64,000 nt of DNA from contig SVFE01000001.1 in NCBI GenBank assembly GCA_015057055.1, forward strand, positions 23,944 through 87,943, written 5' to 3'. The position numbers and the translations under genes are program-made. Below are positions 56,850 through 64,000 of this stretch, piece by piece. The notes under the pieces were generated by a model. The model saw only the letters and a list, made by a program, of their open reading frames with translations. It was not told where the DNA came from and did not search any database. Every line of letters begins with the position of its first letter. Position 1 is the stretch's first letter. This DNA is from Lachnospiraceae bacterium (lineage in GTDB: Bacteria; Bacillota; Clostridia; Lachnospirales; Lachnospiraceae).

Positions 56850-57738
56850 GGATAATCTGACACAAAAAACAACGGAAACAGAGGCTGTGATTAAGGCTTA
56901 TCTGCCGGCAGAAGAGGGCTATCAGAAGACTGTTTTGGAGGCAATGAATTATAGCTTTTTAGTTGGCGGAAAACGGCTTCGTCCCTTATTGATGAAAGAA
57001 AGCTTTGCGCTGTTTGGCGGGGAAGGTGATTTGTGCAATCCCTTTATGGCAGCCATCGAAATGATTCACACCTATTCACTGGTACATGACGATTTACCGG
57101 AGATGGATAACGACGAACTAAGACGAGGGATGCCCACGACCCATGTAAAGTATGGCGTAGATATGGCAGTTCTGGCCGGCGACGGACTGCTGAATTATGC
57201 GTTTGAAACGGCGCTCCAGGCATTTGATGTTGCCGGCGAAAAGGAATTTTCCCGTGTGGTTCATGCCATGAAAGTGCTGGCAAGGAAAGCCGGGGTTTAT
57301 GGAATGATTGGCGGCCAGACCTTGGATGTGGAAGCGGAAAAGAAAGGAATCGGGCTCGGTTTGCCGGAGGTGTCATTTATTGATGAACATAAGACGGCAG
57401 CACTTTTGCAAGCGTCCCTTATGATTGGCGCAATCCTGGCCGGTGCCGGAGAAGAAGAAGTGCATGCGATGGAAACCATAGGATATAATGTAGGTGTGGC
57501 GTTCCAGATTCAGGATGATATTTTGGATATCACAAGTTCCACGGAAGTCCTTGGAAAACCGGTGGGAAGTGATGAGAAAAACAGTAAAGTAACCTATGTC
57601 TCCCTGATGGGAATGGAGGCAGCCGAAGAAAAACAAAAGAGTCTTTCCGACGAAGCGGTAACGCTTTTACGGGGACTTGGCAAAGAAGCGTCTTTTATGG
57701 AAGAGTTGATTTTATCTTTGGTTCATCGGAAGATGTAA
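56839..57738 (+). CDS. ispA: Farnesyl/geranylgeranyl diphosphate synthase
   Basis: GGKRLRP, SLVHDDLPEMD (FARM), FQIQDD (SARM); start overlaps the xseB stop. Confidence 0.93.
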   Translation: MNFKDNLTQKTTETEAVIKAYLPAEEGYQKTVLEAMNYSFLVGGKRLRPLLMKESFALFGGEGDLCNPFMAAIEMIHTYSLVHDDLPEMDNDELRRGMPTTHVKYGVDMAVLAGDGLLNYAFETALQAFDVAGEKEFSRVVHAMKVLARKAGVYGMIGGQTLDVEAEKKGIGLGLPEVSFIDEHKTAALLQASLMIGAILAGAGEEEVHAMETIGYNVGVAFQIQDDILDITSSTEVLGKPVGSDEKNSKVTYVSLMGMEAAEEKQKSLSDEAVTLLRGLGKEASFMEELILSLVHRKM

Positions 57739-57765
57739 AACAATTTGTGAAAGGGATGAAGGGAT

Positions 57766-59658
57766 ATGGAAAGCACCTTTGAACTTTTGAGACAGATAGA
57801 AAAAGAAAATGACATAAAAAAGATTCCGGCTGAAAAGTATGATGAATTGGCGGAAGAAATCCGCCGGTTTTTATTGGAGCATATCAGTGTGACGGGTGGC
57901 CATCTCGGTTCCAATTTGGGAGCAGTGGAGTTGACAATGGCGTTGCATCTTAGTTTGCAATTGCCGAAAGATAAGATTATTTGGGATGTAGGTCATCAAT
58001 CCTATACCCACAAACTTTTGACCGGCCGCAGGGAAGGCTTTGATAACCTACGTAAATACGGAGGGATGAGCGGTTTCCCGAAACGAAAAGAGAGTGACTG
58101 TGACTGTTTTGATACCGGACACAGTTCGACTTCTATTTCCGCAGGACTCGGAATGGTTATGGCGCGGGATATCCGGAAGGAAAAGCATACCATTGTTTCG
58201 GTAATCGGAGATGGTTCTCTCACCGGCGGTATGGCTTATGAAGCCATGAACAATGCGTCTAAACTGGATACTAATTTTATCATTATCCTGAACGATAACA
58301 ATATGTCGATTTCGGAGAATGTGGGCGGCGTAAGCCAATATCTTAATAATATCCGGACGGCAGAAACCTATTTGGATATCAAAGAAGGGGTGTATAACCG
58401 GCTGATGCGCTCCAAAACGGGTGAAGGCCTGGTGGAAACTATCCGTAGGGCAAAAAGCAGTGTAAAACACTTGGTTATTCCGGGAATGTTTTTTGAAGAT
58501 ATGGGACTGACCTATCTTGGTCCCGTGGACGGACATGATGTGCCTGCAATGCTTAAGGTTATGAAGGAAGCGAAGCGTTGTAAAGGGGCTGTTATTGTTC
58601 ATGTGATGACGCAGAAAGGAAAAGGATATGCCCCGGCAGAACGGCATCCGGCGCGTTTTCACGGAGCGGAACCCTTTGAAATCGAAACGGGACTTCCGAA
58701 AAAAACAAGGGAAAAAGCCAACTATACCGATGTCTTTTCTACCGTTATGTGTAAGTTGGGACAACGGAATGATAAGATTGTGGCAATTACGGCAGCGATG
58801 CCGGACGGAACCGGATTAAAGCGATTTCATAATATGTTTCCGGAGAGGTTCTTTGACGTGGGTATTGCAGAGGAGCACGCGGTAACGTTTGCTGCCGGAC
58901 TGGCGGCCGGCGGAATGAAGCCCATTGTGGCAATTTATTCTTCCTTTTTGCAACGGGCCTACGATCAGATTTTGCATGATGTTTGTATTCAGAATATGCC
59001 GGTTATTTTTGCAATTGACAGAGCCGGATTGGTGGGAAGTGATGGTGAGACCCACCAGGGTATTTTTGACTTGTCCTTCCTATCTTCGATTCCAAATATG
59101 CAGATTATGGCGCCGAAGAATAAGTGGGAATTGTCGGATATGCTGAAGTTTGCCGTGGATTTTGAAGGGCCCATTGCAATCCGCTATCCCAGGGGAACTG
59201 CTTACGATGGACTTTCAGAATACCGGGAGGCGATTTCTTTCGGCAAGAGTGAAATGATATACGAAGAACGGAATACCGCATTGTTGGCGGTAGGAAGCAT
59301 GGTGCAGACTGCAGTAGGAGTACGGGATGCATTAAAAGCAGAAGGAATGGATTGCAGTTTAGTGAATGCCCGTTTTGTTAAGCCGATTGATGAAGAAATG
59401 ATACGTCGATTGGCAAAAGAGCATGACCTTTTGGTGACGATGGAAGAAAACGTCCTTAGCGGAGGTTTTGGCGAAAAGGTTATGGAATTTGTTCGGGCGG
59501 AAAATCTGCCCTGCAAGGTTATGCCGATTGCTCTTCCGGATGAATATGTAGAACACGGCAATGTAGATATTTTGAAAAAAGAAGTCGGCATAGATGAAGA
59601 AAGTATTGTTGAACGGATTTGCAGTTCACAAGATAGACCGAAACGGAGAGAAAAGTGA
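57766..59658 (+). CDS. dxs: 1-deoxy-D-xylulose-5-phosphate synthase
   Basis: GGHLGSNLG, WDVGHQSY, GHSSTSISAG, GDGSLTGG, DVGIAEEHAV, DGETHQG. Confidence 0.98.
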   Translation: MESTFELLRQIEKENDIKKIPAEKYDELAEEIRRFLLEHISVTGGHLGSNLGAVELTMALHLSLQLPKDKIIWDVGHQSYTHKLLTGRREGFDNLRKYGGMSGFPKRKESDCDCFDTGHSSTSISAGLGMVMARDIRKEKHTIVSVIGDGSLTGGMAYEAMNNASKLDTNFIIILNDNNMSISENVGGVSQYLNNIRTAETYLDIKEGVYNRLMRSKTGEGLVETIRRAKSSVKHLVIPGMFFEDMGLTYLGPVDGHDVPAMLKVMKEAKRCKGAVIVHVMTQKGKGYAPAERHPARFHGAEPFEIETGLPKKTREKANYTDVFSTVMCKLGQRNDKIVAITAAMPDGTGLKRFHNMFPERFFDVGIAEEHAVTFAAGLAAGGMKPIVAIYSSFLQRAYDQILHDVCIQNMPVIFAIDRAGLVGSDGETHQGIFDLSFLSSIPNMQIMAPKNKWELSDMLKFAVDFEGPIAIRYPRGTAYDGLSEYREAISFGKSEMIYEERNTALLAVGSMVQTAVGVRDALKAEGMDCSLVNARFVKPIDEEMIRRLAKEHDLLVTMEENVLSGGFGEKVMEFVRAENLPCKVMPIALPDEYVEHGNVDILKKEVGIDEESIVERICSSQDRPKRREK

Positions 59659-60461
59659 AAGAACGATTGGATGTGTTGCTTTTTAAACAGGGATTTGCGG
59701 AGTCCAGAGAAAAAGCAAAAACACTTATTATGACAGGAAATGTCTTTGTAAACGGGCAGCGGGAGGATAAAGCCGGTACCACGTTTGATGAAGAAAAGAT
59801 AACTATTGAAGTTAAAGGAAGCACATTGAAATACGTAAGTCGGGGCGGATTGAAATTGGAGAAAGCGATGGAGTCCTTTTCGCTGTCGCTGGACGGCTAT
59901 GTGTGTATGGACATCGGAGCATCTACCGGTGGTTTTACGGATTGTATGTTACAAAACGGAGCTGCTAAGGTTTTTTCCATTGATGTGGGACACGGGCAGC
60001 TTGCGTGGAAATTACGTCAGGACGAGAGAGTGGTTTGCATGGAGCGGACGAATTTCCGTTATGTAACTCCGGAGGATATCGGTGAACAGATTCGGTTTGC
60101 TTCCGTGGATGTTTCCTTTATTTCATTGTCCAAGATATTACCGGCGGCGTACCCTTTGCTATGTGAGGGCGGGCAAATGGTCTGCCTGATTAAACCGCAA
60201 TTTGAAGCAGGTCGGGATAAGGTCGGAAAAAAGGGTGTTGTAAGGGAACCGGAAATTCATAAAGAAGTTATTATGAATGTCCTCGGATACATTTCTGAAA
60301 ACGGATTCCGTGCGCTGGCGCTGGATTTTTCTCCGGTACGCGGGCCGGAAGGAAATATTGAGTATTTGGTACATATTGCAAAAGAAGAAGGAGCCTCGCT
60401 TGTAACGGAAACGCTGGTGGATGATGTCGTAAGCCGGGCGCATACGACGCTGTCACAGTAA
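59655..60461 (+). CDS. tlyA: TlyA-family rRNA 2'-O-methyltransferase
   Basis: S4 domain KERLDVLL, YVSRGGLKL, DIGASTGGFTD, LIKPQFE, GNIEY. Confidence 0.95.
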   Translation: MKERLDVLLFKQGFAESREKAKTLIMTGNVFVNGQREDKAGTTFDEEKITIEVKGSTLKYVSRGGLKLEKAMESFSLSLDGYVCMDIGASTGGFTDCMLQNGAAKVFSIDVGHGQLAWKLRQDERVVCMERTNFRYVTPEDIGEQIRFASVDVSFISLSKILPAAYPLLCEGGQMVCLIKPQFEAGRDKVGKKGVVREPEIHKEVIMNVLGYISENGFRALALDFSPVRGPEGNIEYLVHIAKEEGASLVTETLVDDVVSRAHTTLSQ

Positions 60462-60481
60462 CCGTACATTTTGTATGGAGG

Positions 60482-61336
60482 ATGAAAATGAAGCATTTCT
60501 ATATTATTCCGAATCGCAGCAAAGACGTGAATTTGGAAATTGCCAATGAGATTAAAAGAGAATTTGAGAGCAAAAGTGAAGAAGTAAGCGTTGTAATTTG
60601 CGATTCGGCGCAATACGGAAAAGAGTTACATAGATGTATTCCGGCCGATACGGAATGCATTTTGGTTTTGGGCGGTGACGGAACTTTGCTTCAGACCGCC
60701 AAAGAGACTGTGCACCTTGGGATTCCCCTTTTGGGAATCAATTTAGGAACGCTGGGGTATCTGGCAGAGATAGAACCGGCCGGAATTCCTACCGCGGCAG
60801 AGCAGTTGATTGCTGACCGGTATGTGATAGAAGAACGGATGATGTTGCAGGGAAGCGTAATGAAAGGCGGTATTTGCGCCAAGGAAGATATTGCGTTAAA
60901 TGACGTGGTGTTATCCCGCCGGGGCGATTTGCAGATTGTAGGATACCGCGTGTATGTAAACGGATTGTTTTTAAATGACTTTTATGCGGACGGTATTATC
61001 ATCAGTACGCCCACCGGATCTACCGGGTATAATCTTTCGGCCGGAGGTTCCATCGTGGAGCCGAAAGCAAATCTGATGGTGCTTACGCCGGTATGCCCGC
61101 ATACACTGAATACCAGAAGTATTATGCTTTCGCCGGAGGACAATGTGGAAGTGGAATTGTTGCCTCCTAAGGGTGAAAAGCAGGTGGAAGTGGGCGTGTA
61201 TTTTGACGGTGGCAGTTGCGAGATTTTAGAAGCAGGAAACCGGGTTGCGGTATCCCGTTCAAAGGAAGTTACCAAAATATTGAAATTGAGTGATGTAGGT
61301 TTTTTGGAAGTCTTGCAGAAAAAAATGAGTGAGTAA
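60482..61336 (+). CDS. nadK: NAD kinase
   Basis: LGGDGT, NLGTLGYL, ALND, DGIIISTPTGSTGYNLSAGG. Confidence 0.96.
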   Translation: MKMKHFYIIPNRSKDVNLEIANEIKREFESKSEEVSVVICDSAQYGKELHRCIPADTECILVLGGDGTLLQTAKETVHLGIPLLGINLGTLGYLAEIEPAGIPTAAEQLIADRYVIEERMMLQGSVMKGGICAKEDIALNDVVLSRRGDLQIVGYRVYVNGLFLNDFYADGIIISTPTGSTGYNLSAGGSIVEPKANLMVLTPVCPHTLNTRSIMLSPEDNVEVELLPPKGEKQVEVGVYFDGGSCEILEAGNRVAVSRSKEVTKILKLSDVGFLEVLQKKMSE

Positions 61337-61414
61337 AAGTAGTTAATTGGTATGGGTATACATGTCGGATAGATTGCATGGGCTGGAGAAGTGCTTATGT
61401 AAAGGAGTGAGGAT

Positions 61415-63103
61415 ATGTTAGAACGTTTACACGTAAAAAATTTGGCTCTGATTGAAGAAGCCGAAGTGAATTTCCGGGAAGGACTTAATATTCTTACCGG
61501 AGAAACCGGAGCCGGGAAATCTATAATTATCGGTTCCGTGAATTATGCTTTGGGTGCAAAAGCAGACGCAGATGTTATCCGGAGCGGAGCAGAATATGCG
61601 CTGGTGGAATTGGTTTTTTATCTGGAGCAGGAAGAAAAAAGACGCCTTGTCCGCGAAATGGATTTTGCGCTGGAAGAAGACGGAACCCTGATTATAAGCA
61701 GAAAAATTATGCCGGGCAGAAGCATTATCAGGGTGGGCGGCGAAACGGTGACGGTCAAGCAGGTAAAAGAACTTGCGAATATTTTAATTGACATTCACGG
61801 CCAGCATGAGCATCAATCGCTTCTAAAGCCCAAAAAGCAGCTGGATTTGCTGGATGATTTTGCCGGTGAGAAAGCCATGGAATGGAAGGCTTCTGTTGCA
61901 AAAGAATATAAAGAGTATAAGGATTTGCTGGCAGAATTGGATGCGCTGGACATGGATGAAGGGGCAAGAGAAAGGGAAGTGTCCCTGGCACGCTATGAAG
62001 TGGATGAAATTGAAGGCGCAGGAATATGTCCGGGAGAAGAAATAGAACTCCAAAACAAGTATCGGAAAATGCAGAACGGGAAAAAGATTGTGGATGCCTT
62101 GCAAAAAGTATCCATGTATCTGGATGCCGGGGACGGAAATGCCGTGGAATTTACCGGATATGCGTTGCGGGAACTGTCGAATGCGGCCGGTATGGACGAG
62201 GAACTAACCCCTATGGAAGAGCGTTTGCGTGATGTGGAATCGTTGCTTGCGGATGTTTCAAGGGACATTAAAAACTATGCGGAGGATTTTTCTTTTTCGG
62301 AAGAAGAATTTGATGAAACAGAAAAACGACTGGACATTCTGAATCATCTTATGACGAAATACGGCAACAGCACCGAGAAAATTCTTGCATATGGGGAAAA
62401 GCGCCGGAAAGAGTTGGACCAATTAATGGATTTGGCCAATGTGCAAATGAACCTTAAGAACCGGCTTTCTCAAAAAGAGGAAGAGATTCGGAAAATCTGC
62501 CGTCAACTGCATGAACTTCGAAGCATACAGGCAACTGCTTTGTCCGAGGAAATTACGGCGGTACTGGAAGACTTGAATTTTTTGCGGGTGACGTTTGAAA
62601 TTGCGGTTACGGAAAAAGATTCCTTTGGTGAAAACGGTGCGGATGAGGTTTGTTTCCTGATTTCGTTAAATCCCGGGGAAGCAAAGAAACCGGTGGCGGA
62701 AGTGGCCAGTGGCGGTGAATTGTCAAGAATTATGCTTGCGCTGAAAACGGTATTTGCTCGAAAAGACCGGATGGAAACACTGATTTTTGATGAAATTGAT
62801 GCCGGAATCAGCGGAAAAACGGCATGGAGAGTTTCGGAGCGGATGGATGCACTGGGAAAAGGACATCAGATTTTATGCATTACCCATCTGCCCCAGATTG
62901 CAGCTATGGCAGACCGGCATTATCTTATTGATAAAAAAGAAGAAGAAGGAGTCACGAAGACCGAAATCCGGGAATTAGATGCCGGAGAAAGCGTAGAAGA
63001 GGTGGCAAGACTTCTGGGAAGCGACATGGTGACGGATGCCGTTTTGGAAAATGCCAAAGAATTGATATCAATGGCAAAAATGACCAAAGAAAAAAAGATT
63101 TAA
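61415..63103 (+). CDS. recN: DNA repair protein RecN
   Basis: TGETGAGKSII, ASGGELSRIML, IFDEIDAG, ITHLPQIA. Confidence 0.97.
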   Translation: MLERLHVKNLALIEEAEVNFREGLNILTGETGAGKSIIIGSVNYALGAKADADVIRSGAEYALVELVFYLEQEEKRRLVREMDFALEEDGTLIISRKIMPGRSIIRVGGETVTVKQVKELANILIDIHGQHEHQSLLKPKKQLDLLDDFAGEKAMEWKASVAKEYKEYKDLLAELDALDMDEGAREREVSLARYEVDEIEGAGICPGEEIELQNKYRKMQNGKKIVDALQKVSMYLDAGDGNAVEFTGYALRELSNAAGMDEELTPMEERLRDVESLLADVSRDIKNYAEDFSFSEEEFDETEKRLDILNHLMTKYGNSTEKILAYGEKRRKELDQLMDLANVQMNLKNRLSQKEEEIRKICRQLHELRSIQATALSEEITAVLEDLNFLRVTFEIAVTEKDSFGENGADEVCFLISLNPGEAKKPVAEVASGGELSRIMLALKTVFARKDRMETLIFDEIDAGISGKTAWRVSERMDALGKGHQILCITHLPQIAAMADRHYLIDKKEEEGVTKTEIRELDAGESVEEVARLLGSDMVTDAVLENAKELISMAKMTKEKKI

Positions 63104-63126
63104 AAAATAATATTTGCAACATACTA
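63098..63126 (+). promoter_or_regulatory. Forespore sigma (sigmaG-like) promoter for spoIVB
   Basis: ATTTA (63098-102), N17, CATACTA (63120-26); the -10 matches the sigmaG consensus. Confidence 0.45.
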
Positions 63127-63165
63127 AGAAGGACATGGGAATAAATTCCCGGTTCTTCTTTTTTT
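63126..63165 (+). terminator. Intrinsic terminator after recN
   Basis: AAGAAGGAC-A-TGGGAA-TAAA-TTCCCG-GTTCTTCTT then TTTTT. Confidence 0.75.
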
Positions 63166-63220
63166 ACTGACTGAGCATTTGTATGAAAGAAGTATGGAAG
63201 TGAAAGTATGGAGAATGGAT

Positions 63221-64000
63221 ATGAAGAGTCGAAAAATGAAAAGTATAGTTATTTTATTATTTTTGGTGATTGCCCTTGTCGGATTGTTTGGGGTGTATAA
63301 ATATTATTGGGAGCAGATTCCGGATGCCATAAATCTGAAGGCCGGAAGCGAGCAGACCATTGAATTTTGTGTGCCGGTCAGCGGAACCATTATGCCGGAA
63401 AGTATAGCGGTGGCGGGCTACGCTTATTCAGACCGGGACAGCAGTCTGGCAGTGGATTTTTCAAAACCATTTACGATAGTAACGGGAGACAGCAGTACTT
63501 ACACGGCGCGATTAAAACTTTTTGGATTTTTGCCGTATAAATCTGTGGAAATCAGGGTTTTAGAAGAAGAAATGTTGATTCCCGTGGGAATAACCGTAGG
63601 AATCTACGTGCGTACCGATGGTGTTTTGGTGATTGATACCGGTGAATTCGAGGGAGCAGACGGTGCAATGCATGCGCCGGCGGCAGATGTAATTATGGCA
63701 GGTGACTATTTACTGGCGGTGAATGGTGTTGCCCTAAGCGGAAAAACCGATTTTATGAATCAGGTAGAAAATTGCGCCGGAGAGGCCTTGACCGTAACGC
63801 TGCGAAGAGAAAATGAAACCATGGATGTTATTTTACAACCGACGGAAAATGTAAATGGCGAGTATAAGGTCGGTATTTGGGTGAGGGACAGCGCACAGGG
63901 CATCGGTACGATGACTTATTTGGATGCAGAGGGTAATTTCGGTGCCCTTGGGCACGGGATTACAGATTATGATATCGGAGAATTGATGGAAATGGAGAAC
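63221..64000 (+). CDS. spoIVB: SpoIVB serine peptidase, 5' part (absent from the ORF track; no stop in window)
   Basis: Manual translation: N-terminal TM, LIPVGITVGI, DGVLVI, PDZ region, GIWVRDSAQGIGTMTY, FGALGHGI; follows recN. Confidence 0.92.
   Translation, partial: MKSRKMKSIVILLFLVIALVGLFGVYKYYWEQIPDAINLKAGSEQTIEFCVPVSGTIMPESIAVAGYAYSDRDSSLAVDFSKPFTIVTGDSSTYTARLKLFGFLPYKSVEIRVLEEEMLIPVGITVGIYVRTDGVLVIDTGEFEGADGAMHAPAADVIMAGDYLLAVNGVALSGKTDFMNQVENCAGEALTVTLRRENETMDVILQPTENVNGEYKVGIWVRDSAQGIGTMTYLDAEGNFGALGHGITDYDIGELMEMEN

Noticed and set aside
59655-60461. TlyA as a haemolysin or virulence gene
   Set aside because: It is in the conserved dxs-tlyA-nadK housekeeping context with methyltransferase motifs.

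Overview
Chromosomal window from a spore-forming Clostridia-class Firmicute, most likely Lachnospiraceae (inferred from gene content and order). Nearly all genes are on the + strand. Order: recJ (3' part), acyltransferase, murE, priA-def-fmt-(Zn peptidase)-rsmB-rlmN-prpC-prkC-rsgA-rpe; a visibly more AT-rich accessory block (about 16.3-28.1 kb); ychF, lgt; the dcw cluster (mraZ to ftsZ, including spoVD); spoIIGA-sigE running directly into spoIIIAA-AH; deoB-prfC-transglutaminase-like lipoprotein; asp23-nusB-xseAB-ispA-dxs-tlyA-nadK-recN; and the 5' part of spoIVB. I saw no rRNA, tRNA, CRISPR array, transposase or integrase. The best candidate for an undescribed system is 20946-28134: six uncharacterised proteins (three DUF6033-like paralogues, one FlxA-like, one FliD-C-like, one unknown) surround an orphan AgrA/AgrC-like LytTR two-component pair. 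The block has two matching 21-bp-periodic direct-repeat sites, three sigma28-like promoters and a shared C-terminal motif, which suggests a LytTR-gated, sigma28-dependent set of flagellar-export substrates (inference). A second theme is that sporulation genes inside vegetative operons (spoVD, murA paralogue, spoIVB) have leader hairpins whose left arm lies upstream of, or overlaps, a predicted sporulation-sigma start site. The ORF track mislabels 17028..18365 as +; it is on the minus strand. Family names come from motif recognition, not database searches, and several starts were moved to the codon with the best Shine-Dalgarno (SD).
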